64,000 nucleotides of DNA, taken from NCBI GenBank assembly GCA_002269645.1, contig NIVC01001965.1:218254-282253 (forward strand), read 5' to 3'. Source of the DNA: Macrostomum lignano (taxonomy: Eukaryota). Within the stretch, counting starts at the first letter, position 1. The number at the start of each line of letters is the position of its first letter. A model generated the notes under the pieces. It had not been told where the DNA came from and ran no database searches. It saw nothing but the letters and a program-made list of their open reading frames with translations. The position numbers and the translations under genes are program-made. Below are positions 48,291 through 61,906 of the stretch, in pieces.

Positions 48291-48640
48291 GCTCGCATGT
48301 GCTCAGGGGTCAGCGGAACTTTGAACTTGGCTTATCCCAACAAAAAAACTTTGACGCACATCCGCCGAGTAGCCTACTAATAGGTAGTTATGAGTAGTCA
48401 GTATAGATTGCGATTTTAATACCGAATTCGTGGGAAACGATTCGCAGGAGTAAACAGGAAATCTGGGACGTTAGCAGTAATTATAATTTTTTGCAGAAGC
48501 GAGAAAAACAAAGAAGCAGTATCAGCAAAAAAGCAAGAAAGATGCTGTTTCTTTTCTTTTTGTTTCGCTTGCTGTGTGTTGATTGACTGGAGTTCGGCAG
48601 TGCTCGTAGCTGGCTTAAAAGCCCTTTATATGAGAAGCAA

Positions 48641-48940
48641 GGGGTTGTAGCCTTGTGGTCAGAGCGTCGGACTCACGACTTAAAGGTCGGGGGTTCGTTT
48701 CCCAGTCCCACTGGAACAATTTGTGTCCTTGAGCACAACACGCTTAACTTGCTTCTTTTCACCCAGCTGTAAAATGGGTGCCAACATTAGCTGGGGTAAT
48801 TGAGGGTGTGTGTGGCGACCACCCAGTCATTGGACTGAACAGCCGTACGCCTTCAGATGCGCCGCGCAATAGCTGCGGCTGAGCTGTCGGTTGCATCTCT
48901 GGCCCAATTGGGAGCAGGCGTAATCAATTATTATTATTAT
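48641..48940 (+). mobile_element. tRNA-derived SINE, family A (full length)
   Basis: GGGGTTGTAGCCTTGTGG (A-box) ... GGTTCGTTTCC (B-box), CORE-like tgtgtccttgagca...cccagctgtaaaatgggt, and a (tta)n tail. Confidence 0.9.
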
Positions 48941-48957
48941 ATCAAAAGAAAAGTTAC

Positions 48958-49255
48958 TATCACTGTTCCTGTCACTGTCACTGTCACTGTCACTGTCACT
49001 GTCACTGTCACTATCACTGTCACTGTCACTGTCACTGTTACTGTCACTGTCACTGTCACTGTCACTGTCACTGTCACTGTTACTGTCACTGTCACTGTCC
49101 CTGTCACTGTCACTGTCACTGTCACTGTCACTGTCACTGTCACTGTCACTGTCACTATCACTGTCACAGTCACAGTCACTGTCACAGTCACACTCCCTGT
49201 CACTGTCACTGTCACAGTCACACTCCCTGTCACTGTCACTATCACTGTCACTGTC
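48958..49255. repeat. (TGTCAC)n hexamer microsatellite, inverted relative to 47276-48031
   Basis: About 49 copies. Confidence 0.97.
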
Positions 49256-49769
49256 AAAAGTAAAGCCAAATCATATTCCATTACTTTACCACGAAAGAAT
49301 GACGAATAAGGCCACCCGTGCGAAGAAGCTCACCGATTGCGTCATAAACTCTTAATCTTGGATTATCGGCGCTGCATCGGTCTCAAGTTTTTTCAACCTG
49401 TCTAAGAATGGATCTTAGATTTTTGGATTTTTTAACTGTCATTTTCGTTATTCAATAGTGTGTGCTTAATTTATGTATGTTGAAAGCGAATTTGACAATC
49501 GAATTAACATACTAATTGGATCGCTGGTTTAGGTAGCCGTTCTGCTATTGATTAGTTCCCTGGTCAGGCGTGAACAAGGTCGAGAATTAGGATTGTGGCT
49601 TTCGGGTGAAATTCATCTGCAACTTTTTAAACGGTTTAATCGCTGGTGCTCGCGGAGTGACATAAGGTTACATCGAACGTGTCTAATTCAACCCAGTTGG
49701 GGTCACTGATGGGTACTGTTGGGTCACTGAAGAGAAGCTGTTGGGGTCACTGAGATGGATTTGTTGATG

Positions 49770-51475
49770 GCACTGAACATAAGCTACAGCTAGGGCACTG
49801 AGCATAAGCTACAGTAAGGGCACTGAGCATAAGCTACAGTGAGGGCACTGAGCATAAGCTACAGTAATGGCACTGAGCATAAGCTACAGTTAGGGCACTG
49901 AGCATAAGCTACAGTAAGGGCACTGAGCATAAGCTACAGTTAGGGCACTGAGCATAAGCTACAGTTAGGGCACTGAGCATAAGCTACAGTAAGGGCACTG
50001 AGCATAAGCTACAGTTAGGGCACTGAGCATAAGCTACAGTTAGGGCACTGAGCATAAGCTACAGTTAGGGCACTGAGCATAAGCTACAGTAAGGGCACTG
50101 AGCATAAGCTACAGTTAGGGCACTGAGCATAAGCTACAGTAAGGGCACTGAGCATAAGCTACAGCTAGGGCACTGAGCATAAGCTACAGTAAGGGCACTG
50201 AGCATAAGCTACAGTGAGGGCACTGAGCATAAGCTACAGTAATGGCACTGAGCATAAGCTACAGTAAGGGCACTGAGCATAAGCTACAGTAAGGGCACTG
50301 AGCATAAGCTACAGTAAGGGCACTGAGCATAAGCTACAGTAAGGGCACTGAGCATAAGCTACAGTAATGGCACTGAGCATAAGCTACAGTAAGGGCACTG
50401 AGCATAAGCTACAGTAAGGGCACTGAGCATAAGCTACAGTAAGGGCACTGAGCATAAGCTACAGTAAGGGCACTGAGCATAAGCTACAGTAAGGGCACTG
50501 AGCATAAGCTACAGTTAGGGCACTGAGCATAAGCTACAGTAAGGGCACTGAGCATAAGCTACAGTTAGGGCACTGAGCATAAGCTACAGTAAGGGCACTG
50601 AGCATAAGCTACAGTTAGGGCACTGAGCATAAGCTACAGTAATGGCACTGAGCATAAGCTACAGTTAGGGCACTGAGCATAAGCTACAGTAAGGGCACTG
50701 AGCATAAGCTACAGTAAGGGCACTGAGCATAAGCTACAGTTAGGGCACTGAGCATAAGCTACAGTAAGGGCACTGAGCATAAGCTACAGTAAGGACACTG
50801 AGCATAAGCTACAGTAAGGACACTGAGCATAAGCTACAGTAAGGGCACTGAGCATAAGCTACAGTAAGGACACTGAGCATAAGCTACAGTAAGGACACTG
50901 AGCATAAGCTACAGCTAGGACACTGAGCATAAGCTACAGTAAGGACACTGAGCATAAGCTACAGTAAGGACACTGAGCATAAGCTACAGTAAGGGCACTG
51001 AGCATAAGCTACAGTAAGGACACTGAGCATAAGCTACAGTAAGGGCACTGAGCATAAGCTACAGTAAGGGCACTGAGCATAAGCTACAGTAAGGACACTG
51101 AGCATAAGCTACAGTAAGGACACTGAGCATAAGCTACAGTAAGGACACTGAGCATAAGCTACAGTTAGGACACTGAGCATAAGCTACAGCTAGGACACTG
51201 AGCATAAGCTACAGTAAGGACACTGAGCATAAGCTACAGTGAGGGCACTGAGCATAAGCTACAGCTAGGACACTGAGCATAAGCTACAGTAAGGACACTG
51301 AGCATAAGCTACAGTAAGGACACTGAGCATAAGCTACAGTAAGGGCACTGAGCATAAGCTACAGTAAGGACACTGAGCATAAGCTACAGTAAGGACACTG
51401 AGCATAAGCTACAGTAAGGGCACTGAGCATAAGCTACAGTAAGGACACTGAGCATAAGCTACAGTTAGGGCACTA
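49770..51475. repeat. 25-bp minisatellite, about 68 copies
   Basis: Unit cactgagcataagctacagtaaggg; the ...agga variant appears only after about 50790. Confidence 0.98.
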
Positions 51476-51743
51476 AGAAGGAGCTGTCAGTGATAGGATG
51501 GCAACTGGAATCCCATCGGAACACACAGCAGTTCACGCATCATTTCGCATATGAACAGCAAATATTGTAGGCCCTTCCAGTGCAGTAAATATTGTACAAG
51601 CTTTAAATATGTCTCACTCCCTGCATGTTGAATACTCTATATAAGCGTATGATTCGATTCACTCGCTCTCGCTTTTAAAGTTGCCCACTCAACCGCCTGT
51701 CAATCAATTAATAGTCGAGACAAAAAGCAGGCACTGCAACAAC

Positions 51744-51745
<2 letters not shown>

Positions 51746-51814
<69 letters not shown>
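51746..51814. repeat. (CT)n microsatellite
   Basis: About 34 dinucleotides. Confidence 0.95.
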
Positions 51815-51816
<2 letters not shown>

Positions 51817-52692
51817 CGAATCTCCATCTCCCAACCTGGAATTAACTGGACACGCTTTCGAATACATATCGAACAACTCGTCCCATTCTGTGCAAATCTG
51901 TCTATTGTCTCTCTTCATTTCTACGAATTTTGCTCCTTGCTTTTCAACGCCTTTCTTAGAGAGTCTTCAAGTTCCGAACGATCTCAGCAGGGGGGGGGGA
52001 GGGGCGGAGGCTGCAGTCCTCTCGCTCCGCCTAAACTAGCCAAGTCGAACGCCTCATCAATATACTCGAAAGTGAGAGTAATCTAGAGTTAGGTCTCCAC
52101 AAGATAGAAGAGATTGTCACACTGTTTAGTGTTAAAATTAGCTAAGCCTACAAGGAAGCCTATATGATTTAAACAGTTGGTTCGTAGAGAGCCCCGGGTT
52201 TAAAAAAATCTCCTTATTTTGCACCGAAAGCATCGGCTGAGTAGCACTGGGTTCGCGCTCTCGCTGACCAGCAGGGGGCGAGGGGTGTCAAGCAGAGCAC
52301 AGCTCAGACTATGGCCACTCCGGCCACTGACTGCGGTGGGCCCGACCCGGCTCCGCCCCGCCGAGAGCTCGACCGAGACAACTTAACAGTGAAGCTCCCT
52401 ATGACAAGACACGGGGGGTTGTTGGACAGCTCTCGCTCTCTCTCTCTCGCCCTCCCTCGGCCACCCAATGAGCAACGGCGGGCCAATAGTTGAGGACTCA
52501 GGCCCCCGGTGGCTCGGGATTGGCCCCGCGTCTACTGCCGCATCGCGTCTCCCAAGCAGTCGCCCCGCCGGCGGACTTAAGAGAAGCTACAAACTGTGTG
52601 GAAAAATCTGCCATTTAAATCCCAGCACACAGTAGCACTCGCTGCTCTTAGCAAAGCCGTCTCTGCTAATCTCCAACCCTGGGCAACTAACA

Positions 52693-55600
52693 ATGGAGAT
52701 CTGCGCGGGCTGCAACTCTAGCATAGAGGACAAATACCTGCTAAAGATTCGAACGGAGTCATGGCATGAGCAGTGCGTGGCCTGCTCTGTGTGCGGCTGC
52801 CACCTGCAGGAGAGCTGCTATGTCCGGGACAATGTGCTGTACTGCCGCTACGACTATGCCAAGTGAGACTGGTGTTTGAGTTAATTTGTTTACATGATTG
52901 ATTCTTTAATGCTTTTCAATTTTTTCTGTTGAATAAACCTATTCAATTGAATCCAATTTCGGATTTTAAAAGCATCAATAAGATTCTAAGAAACGGTTCC
53001 CGCATACGAATCCCAACGGTGCGCCTTGGATCCTAAACGGTGCCCCACAAAAGTCATAAACGGCGCCTTCCACACAAATCATAAACGGCGCCCTCTACAC
53101 AAGTCATAAACGGCGCCTTCCACACAAATCATAAACGGCGCCCTCTACACAAGTCATAAACGGCGCCTTCCACACGAGTCATAAACGGCGCCCTCCATAG
53201 AAGTCATAAGCGGCGCCCTCTACACAAGTCATAAACGGTGCCCCAAAAAAGTCATGAACGGCGCCCTCTACACAAGTCATAAACGGCGCCCTCTACACAA
53301 GTCATAAACGGCGCCCTCTACACAAGTCATAAACGGCGCCCTCTACACAAGTCATAAACGGTTACCCACAAAATTCATAAACGGTTACCCACACAAGTCA
53401 TAAACGGCGCCTTCCACACAAGTCATAAACGGCGCCCTCCACACGTCATAAACGGCGCCCTCTACACAAGTCATAAACGGTGACCCACAAAATTCATAAA
53501 CGGCGCCCCACAAAAGTCATAAACGGCGCCCTCCACAAGTCATAAACGACGCCCTACACAAGTCATAACGGCGCCCTCCACACAGATCCAAAGATGCGCT
53601 CCTCAGAGCTTTAGAGTCCTACTCGCAGGCTAAAAAATGAAATTTTCCCCATATCATAACCCGCATCACATCCTACACCAATTAAGGAAATAATTATATC
53701 TGCTAAAGATTAAATCACCCGATCGCGAGGTCCTCAGTCCATCGCAATCTTTTCCTGGTCCTGTTGCAGAAAATTTGCAATATCTGTTTCAGATTTGCAT
53801 CACTGCCAGTTTTATTGTTAAGTGTCCCCGCCCCGGCTTTAAGGGTCCTTGTCGCTGCCACTAAGCCACTGGGATTTCAGTCAGCTCGCAGATTCTCCCA
53901 CTGTAAGCGTAGTTGATGAAATTCTGCACCAAGTGTGGACAATAACCCCAAACCCAGCTTCTCCGACTCCATCAACCGAGATTCATCATCCGCTCATTCT
54001 GCCAAGCTGTCCGCCTGATCGAATGCTGACTGGCAGTTTTGGAAGTTGGAATTTATTAAAAAATTCCTACAGCATGTTGGGAGTCGTATCGGGACTGAAG
54101 TGTGTTGCTGCTGCTGTGTGTGTGACTTGTGTGTTTGCCAAATACTCTTCCGCCCAGCTAAGATTTCTTGCGCGTGAAGAAAAAAAGTGATTAATTCCTT
54201 GATCTTGACCAGAGCGGGGGAAAGACTTTCTCGGATGGAGCTGTCGAGTGGAGCAAGTGGAATTCGGCGGGGGCCTTGATGAGCCGGCCATCCTGCAGTC
54301 TCCAGTATTTGCTTGGGGGGGGGGGGTTGAAAGGAGGACTGACTCGCTCGACTGGGCGGCCAATTTCGAGCGCTTGAATTCCGATTCGATCAAAACCGAG
54401 CTCAAAGTTTTATAATCCATCGGTTTCAGATTCGCTGAGCATATGCTTGGCTATATGCGCCGTAAGTGAAGCTGACTAAATGCCTCATGAATGTCACTAT
54501 GCTCATAATCACTCTGCTACAAGGCCACTCCAGTCTGCAGTCTGTGTCAGGGGTCAGGAGGTGGGGGCTCCTCGTCATCCAGATTTTCTCAGCCTCTTCG
54601 TTTTGCCCTCTGGGAAGAGGTGCAGAAGGAGGAGGTGGTGGCCAGTCACATTGTAAATCAATATTTAAGCCCAAGAGAGTCGGTAAGGTAAGGCAGCAGC
54701 GCTATCGACTCCTTGAGGTATTTGTCCGCTAATCATGTCTCTCTGGGAGAGTCAATACTGCTAATCTGAGTCCCTATTTATCCAGCCCCTGTTCAAACAC
54801 TATATAGGGCTGCTCATGGAACTTGTGTTATCTGTGAGTACACTATTTATACATGTTCATACATGCACACACACCATCAGAATTATGACCGCTAATTGAG
54901 TTGAAATCCCAATCTTTAAAGAATTCCCCAGGCATATCAGCCGCTGATCCCGTGCCCTTTAACCCTTCAGACGGAATGTCAAGTCGGAATCTGTTCTCCT
55001 TGACAGCTTTGAAGAAGAAGCAATAAAAAAATTGGAGAGAGAAGTTGAAAAATGCCGCATTAAATATGCATTAACTGAGCCCTGACTTTCGAGAGGAAAG
55101 AGTAATGCTTTCCATTGTTGTTAATCGGTGCCTTCTCAATTGCGCTTTGTTGCCAGCCAAACCTCTCTTCCCCAGTTTGTTTTTTTTTGTGATTTTTTTC
55201 TGTTTCAAAATCGGCAGCGCTGAGCAAAGAGCCATGTATTGGCAGGTCTGCTTGGTGTGACTACGCCGGGGTCCCAGGGGGGCCCTAACCCCTGGTCCAG
55301 TAACCATGCAAAATTTTCTATGAACTGCTCGAACGCGCCCCTCCCTGCATATGGTTAATATTTCATGGCTGCCAACCGAGGCACCCCCTGCTGTGTAGAG
55401 AACACTTAACTTGGGCCCTAGCATAGGGGGGGGGGTGGAAGCTTAGGGACGCTCGGCTTCTGGGGGACACTTTCACTTGAGACTCTGGAACAATGGACAG
55501 AAGAAGAGAATATGGAAAATACTGTGGAACTGGAAGCATTGGCGCTGCCTTCGAGCTCGACCGACGCTTCTATCGTGTTGCTTGCTTCTCTCTGTTTGAA

Positions 55601-58600
55601 GCAGAGCAGAGAAATTTGACTCTCTGCGGGCGTCCCCAGTGCCCCACCCCATCCCCCATTCGGGACTGCACCGTCTGCACAGAGCCGCGCCTGGCTTTGA
55701 CATCTTGACGCTCCTCTTGAGTGGCAGCTGTTGGCTGTGCTGCCTCATCAAATCCCACCCAGCCCCCCTGACTCTTGAGAGCGCATCAGTCCCCGCTCTT
55801 GTCCGACCCACTATTATGACACTTCTGCTATCCTAACTTCCTCAGGATCTGGGTGTGTTGGCGCACCGGGACTCAGGAATACTATAGTTATGCATTTACA
55901 CACTTGAGTTCGAGTTCTCACACCAACACCTTGAATTTCTTAAGAAATCTCTCGATTTCACCAATACCCCCCTCTCGCTCTGTCCCGCCTTACATGAAAT
56001 CTCCAATATGGGGGCCGACACCCTCAAAGACAACAGTCATCTAGCTGACCGAACTCATGGCCTATTGACAAACAGGTGCCAATCCAAATTATTTCAGAGC
56101 ACAAAAATTTGACTGGTTTCAACCGAAAATTAAATACAGATTTGCACCGACTTTCACAGCTACTGATTCACGCAATCACCAATTTTCTCACACTCCGTGA
56201 CTCTCACGAATTTTACAATCTATCGAATTCTACAATCTACCGAATTTTAAAATCTATACCGAATTTCACAATCCACCAATTGTCCCAATCACCGAAGTTC
56301 ACAATCTACCGAATTTCACAATCTACCGAAATTCACATCTACCGAAATTCACATCTACCGAAATTCACAATCTACCGAAATTCACAGTCTACCGAAATTC
56401 ACAATTCGGTAGAAATTCACAATCTACCAAATCTTGAATCTATCGAAATTCACAATCTACCGATTTTCATAATCTACCGAATTCCAAAATCTACCAAATT
56501 TAACAATCTACCGAATGTAACAAACCAAATTTAACAATCTACCGAATGTAACAATCTACCAAATTTCTAAATTTACCGGATTTCACAATCTACCGGATTT
56601 TACAATCTACCAAATTCTACAATCTACCGAATTCAAAATCTACCAAATTTAACAATCTACCGAATGTAACAATCTACCAAATTTCAAAATTTACCGATTT
56701 CACAATCTACCGGATTTTACAATCTACCAAATTCTACAATCTACCGAATTAAAAATCTACCAAATTTAACAATCTACCGAATGTAACAATCTACCAAATT
56801 TCAAAATTTACCGATTTCACAATCTACCGGATTTTACAATCTACCAAATTCTACAATCTGCCGAATTAAAAATCTACCAAATTTAACAATCTACCGAATG
56901 TAACAACCTACCGAATTTCAAAATTTACCGGATTTCACAATCTACCGGATTTTACAATCTACCAAATTCTACAATCTACCGAATGTAACAATCTACCAAA
57001 TTCTACAATCTACCGAATTAAAAATCTACCAAATTTAACAATCTACCGAATGTAACAATCTACCAAATTTCAAAATTTACCGGATGTCACAATCTACCGG
57101 ATTTTACAATCTACCTAATTCTACAATCTACCGAATTCAAAATCTACCAAATTCTACAATCTACCGAATGTAACAATCTACCAAATTTCAAAATTTACCG
57201 GATTTCACAATCTACCGGATTTTACAATCTACCAAATTCTACAATCTGCCGAATTAAAAATCTACCAAATTTAACAATCTACTGAATCCTACAATCTATA
57301 GAATTTTACAATCACCCAGAATAATCGGACTTTCTAAAATTATTCAGTCATGAAATCAGTAAAATTTGATAGGAAAATTCGAAACTACAAACGCACGGTC
57401 TGTTTGAGTTCCATTTATTATTAAATGAAAACGTAAACAGGTCATCGCGAGAAGCGTGCCTCAAGACAGTAGTGAAAACACTGGCCTCGACACCCACTCA
57501 ACAAACACCCGCTTACCCATGCATCTGGTTGCGTCCTCTGTCTGTCTGCCTGTCACCCGCCGAGATTTGCAGGCTGCACTCAAACTCGAAAATTCTCTTC
57601 TCGAGAAGTTCAACACCTCAACAACAATAAGCCCCGCACGTGACCGCCGGGCCTAAAAACTGGTAGGCGCATTCAGAAGCGGAAACCAGCCGAGTTCTAA
57701 CCAACACCAGAGCCACCACCCCACCCGCCCGAAAGCAAGCAAAAGCAGAAGAGAGGCCTCTGCTTTCCCTTCAACTTCAAGCGCTGTTCCTTCGCCGGCT
57801 CTCCCCAGTCCAGCAGGGAGGGTCCTCCACAGTTTGCTCAAATCCCCTCTCAGCTTCGAGTCCGTAAGCGCAAACGGTAGGACACACTGGCTGAATATAG
57901 ACTCATAGAGCATGAGTGAGAGACGGCGTCGCATTGCACCGTATCTCCCTACCGATCCCAAGACGGCTTTGGTCAAGATTTGTACAAATATTTCCCCAAA
58001 ATCCTTGCCCCGTAACCCCCGCCCCCCGAGTCCTTGTTAGCCCTGAGCTTGTTTGTCGGTCGTGTCCTACCGGCCCTGTTCGAAGTCTGCGCGCTCGACG
58101 CGGAAGTGCTGAACTGTCAGATCCTGCCCATATCGGGCCTGGCGAAGAGGGCAGGGGGAGAGGAGAGACCCCAGAACCCACCTGCTGCTTCCGCTTAATA
58201 GCAGAAGCCCGAATCCTCAAGTTCTAAACTTAGAAGCGCTGCTTTTTTGCAGAGTTGTCAGCTTTTGAAGGCGGCAGATTGCGTCTATCTTGCACCCTAA
58301 AAGTCCTCGCGGCATCAGCATCAAGATGTGTGTGATTCGGCCAAGAATTACTGTGTGATTCCGCCAAGAATGACTGTGTGATTCCGCCAAGAATGACTGT
58401 GTGATTCCGCCAAGAATTACTGTGTGATTCCGCCAAGAATGACTGTGTGATTCCGCCAAGAATGACTGTGTGATTCCGCCAAGAATGACTGTGTGATTCC
58501 GCCAAGAATGACTGTGTGATTCGACCAATAATTACTGTGTGATTCGGCCAAGAATGGCTGTGTGATTCGACCAATAATTACTGTGTGATTCCGCCAAGAA

Positions 58601-61600
58601 TTACTGTGTGATTCGGCCAAGAATGACTGTGTGATTCCGCCAAGAATGACTGTGTGATTCCGCCAAGAATGACTGTGTGATTCCGCCAAGAATGACTGTG
58701 TGATTCCGCCAAGAATGACTGTGTGATTCGACCAATAATTACTGTGTGATTCGGCCAAGAATGGCTGTGTGATTCGACCAATAATTACTGTGTGATTCCG
58801 CCAAGAATTACTGTGTGATTCGGCCAAGAATGACTGTGTGATTCCGCCAAGAATGACTGTGTGATTCGGCCAAGAATGAGTGTGTGATTCGCTCAAAAAT
58901 GAGCGTTAGGTATCCCAACAGGCTAACAGTACTTCAACACGACATGGCCTTTACGACCCCCACCTGTGGGCCATCGAGTCCCATAAGGCTAGTTAAGCGT
59001 TGTTTAAAAATTAAAAGGAAAAATTTCCCAATTATTGCAGTTGGCAAGGCGAGAGAGTGCGTGACCTGCACACAGCCCTGGCATCGGAACGCAATCGTTC
59101 ATTTTCACCTTGTTCACCTTTCTCTTTTCTACATTATTGTGCCTGCGCGGGGGCCAGTTGCAATGGCGGGGCTTGCAGCCTTCAACTATTGCGGCTCAAC
59201 AACTAGCTTGGTGTGGGTGTGGCTGGGCGCTTTGATTTCACTGGATTGGAGTTGCTACATATGCGTAGGGCCTCCTATTGTGTAATACCTTACCTGGGTG
59301 ATTTGGCAATGGAAAGCGTCAAAGTTATGATTGAGAAAATGCTTATAAAAATAGAGAGGAGAGGAGGGTGGGGGGAGCTGAACAGGTAGTAAACCCGCTA
59401 TCATCTCTGCTGGGGCTGCTTGCTACCTGCACTGTAATCAGTGCAGGGCAGGAAACCCTATATAGTTAGACCCAAGAGAATCTCTAAATGTTTGTTGCCA
59501 GCCAAGGGAAGAGGGGGGTGGAGTGCCCGTAGCCAGGCGTGCGTTCACGAAATCCCATGCCGGCCTCTTGAGCTTGTTTGCCAACTGCCGAATTTGCTTA
59601 ATCCCTTGAGCACACAGCTCGGCCTGATCTTGAGGCCTAGAGCTATTCGTAATCTGGTACCGAGAGTTCGACGCGCTCAACTCCCAGCCGCTTAACATTG
59701 TGTTTCATGTCAGGCCCCGCGGGATGAGTTGGGAACTTTGAGCAGAAAATCTTCAGTTTTGAGACTAATAAATAAGCCATGGCAACTAAAATGCTCGACT
59801 GATTTTTGCTTGTCAAATGGTCAAGCAAAGATCGGATAGTTAATGCCTAGAGTCAACAAGCGTGCCGCGTCTTGAGCGATTGACTGAGAAGAGCGAACCG
59901 AAAATGAGTCCTTATGTGAGCGAGTTTCTAAGCCTCAATCTTAAGGGCATCGAATATTTTATAGAGAAGCCGATTCTCTTCATTACTGTAGTAGCTTATC
60001 AAAGCTCAGGTAGACTGAGGGTAGTAGCTTATCACGCTCAGGTAGACTGAGGGGTAGCAGCTTATCAATGCTCAGGTAGACTGAGGGGTAGTAGCTTATC
60101 CAAGCTCAGGTAGACTGAGGGGTAGCAGCTTATCAAAGCTCAGGTAGACTGAGGGGTAGCAGCTTATCAAAACTCAGGTAGACTGAGGGGTAGCAGCTTA
60201 TCAAAGCTCAGGTAGACTGAGGGGTAGCAGCTTATCCAAGCTCAGGTAGACTGAGGGGTAGCAGCTTATCAAAGCTCAGGTAGACTGAGGGGTAGCAGCT
60301 TATCCAAGCTCAGGTAGACTGAGGGGTAGCAGCTTATCCAAGCTCAGGTAGACTGAGGGGTAGTAGCTTATCAATGCTTAGGTAAACTAAGGGGTAGTAG
60401 CTTATCAATGTTCAGGTAGTCTGTGGTGGTAGCCTTTATCAATGCTCAGGTAGAGACTGGGGTAACTGGGGGTAGTAGCTTATCAACGCTCAGGTAGACT
60501 GAGGGGTAGTGGCTTATCAATGCTCGGGTAGACTGATGGGTAGTAGCTTATCAATGCTCAGGTAGACTGAGAGGTAGTAGCTTATCAATGCTCGGGTAGA
60601 CTGAGGGGTAGTAGCTTATCAATGCTCGGGTAGACTGAGGGGTAGTAGCTTATCAATGCTCAGGTAGACTGAGGGGTAGTGGCTTATCAATGCTCAGGTA
60701 GACTGATGGGTAGTAGCTTATCAATGCTCAGGTAGACTGAGGGGTAGTAGCTTATCAATGCTCAGGTAGACTGAGAGGTAGTAGCTTATCAATGCTCGGG
60801 TAGACTGAGGGGTAGTAGCTTATCAATGCTCGGGTAGACTGAGGGGTAGAGCCTTATAAAAAACGTCCAACCACCACTTAGAGTGCTTTTTTTGAAGTCT
60901 GTTCACATTTGTCTGAATTTAACCCCAGCCAAAGCCGGGAGTTCACCATGTACTTATCCAACAAACGTCATTATCCAGAAAATTCGGCACCCGCTGCAGC
61001 AGCTGCGGCCAGCCCATCGGCGCCAAGGAGCTGGTGATGCGAGCCAATCAGCACGCCTATCACCTGCCCTGCTTCGCTTGCATCGCCTGCGGACTGCCGC
61101 TGCGCAAAGGCGACCAGTTTGTGGTGCGGGACGGCCGGCTGTTCTGCCGATTTGACTACGAGAGAGAGCTGGCCGCCGCTCTGCAGCAGCAGCCGCAGCC
61201 ACCGGCGCACCAGACGGTGCAGCAGGCGTCGAGTCAGCAGCAGCAGCAGCAGCCGCAGCAGCCGCAGCAGCCACAGTCAACTGGGCAGCCGTCGCGCTCG
61301 CCCCGCAGCGAAGATCTGGACGAGCTGGACGACTCGGACAGCGAGCAGGGCGGCCGAGGCGGAGCCAAGCGGCCGCGGACGATCCTGAGCACCGGGCAGC
61401 GACGAAAGTTCAAATCGGCCTTCGAAGTCAACCCGAAGCCGTCGAGGAAAGTTCGAGAATCGCTGGCCGCGGAGACCGGCCTGAGCGTCCGCGTGGTGCA
61501 GGTCTGGTTTCAGAATCAGCGCGCCAAAGTGAAGAAGCTGGCCAGGCGACAGACCGCAGCAGCGGCGAATGCAGCCTCAGCCGCTGCCGCTTCGGCTGGT

Positions 61601-61906
61601 GGCGGAATCTCCGACACGACTGGCGACTCGCCGACAGCGGATTCCGTTGTCGCCGCAGCCGCCGCCGTTGCGGCCGCTCATTCCATTGTCATGGGCGACG
61701 ACGGCCTGTCCGTGGGACCGCTGGACATTGGGTTGAACGGCGGCGGTGACATCATGCTGCATCACCAGGGCAGCAACAATAATAACAACAATAGCAGCAT
61801 CAACCACAACCACAGCAGCAGCAGCCTAGGCATGCTGGACAGCTTAACCAAGTCCGATGATCCCATGGACAAGCTCTACTCAATGCAGACCACCTACTTC
61901 ACCTGA
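52693..61906 (+). CDS. Lmx1: LIM-homeobox transcription factor, Lmx1 family, about 365 aa, 2 exons
   Basis: join(52693..52862,60979..61906), phase 2, GT-AG. LIM1 MEICAGCNSSIEDKYLLKIRTESWHEQCVACSVC..CYVRDNVLYCRYDY; LIM2 FGTRCSSCGQPI..ELVMRA..YHLPCFAC..LRKGDQFVVRDGRLFCRFDYERE; homeodomain KRPRTILSTGQRRKFKSAFEVNPKPSRKVRESLAAETGLSVRVVQVWFQNQRAKVKKLARR; Lmx-specific tail PMDKLYSMQTTYFT. Confidence 0.95.
53045..53590. repeat. 25-bp minisatellite, about 22 copies
   Basis: Unit gtcataaacggcgccctctacacaa, in the Lmx1 intron. Confidence 0.93.
56200..57310. repeat. About 17-bp minisatellite with 117-118-bp higher-order repeat
   Basis: Monomer like aatctaccgaatttcac; the marker taccggattttac recurs at 56591, 56708, 56825 and 56943. 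Confidence 0.9.
58330..58890. repeat. 23-bp minisatellite, about 24 copies
   Basis: Unit tgtgtgattccgccaagaatgac. Confidence 0.95.
59985..60850. repeat. 34-bp minisatellite, about 25 copies
   Basis: Unit cttatcaatgctcaggtagactgaggggtagtag (60061 to 60095). Confidence 0.95.

Noticed and set aside
47136-49309. Long VT/SL-repeat ORFs (350, 298, 281 and 150 aa)
   Set aside because: These are translations of hexamer microsatellites.
53849-59830. Nested gene inside the Lmx1 intron (several 60-117-aa ORFs)
   Set aside because: No coherent exon chain, codon bias or domain motif could be assembled by eye; a non-coding RNA cannot be excluded.
59985-60850. Resemblance of tagcttatca...gactga to miR-21
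   Set aside because: Only a 10-nt match, within a tandem repeat, with no precursor hairpin; miR-21 is a vertebrate family.
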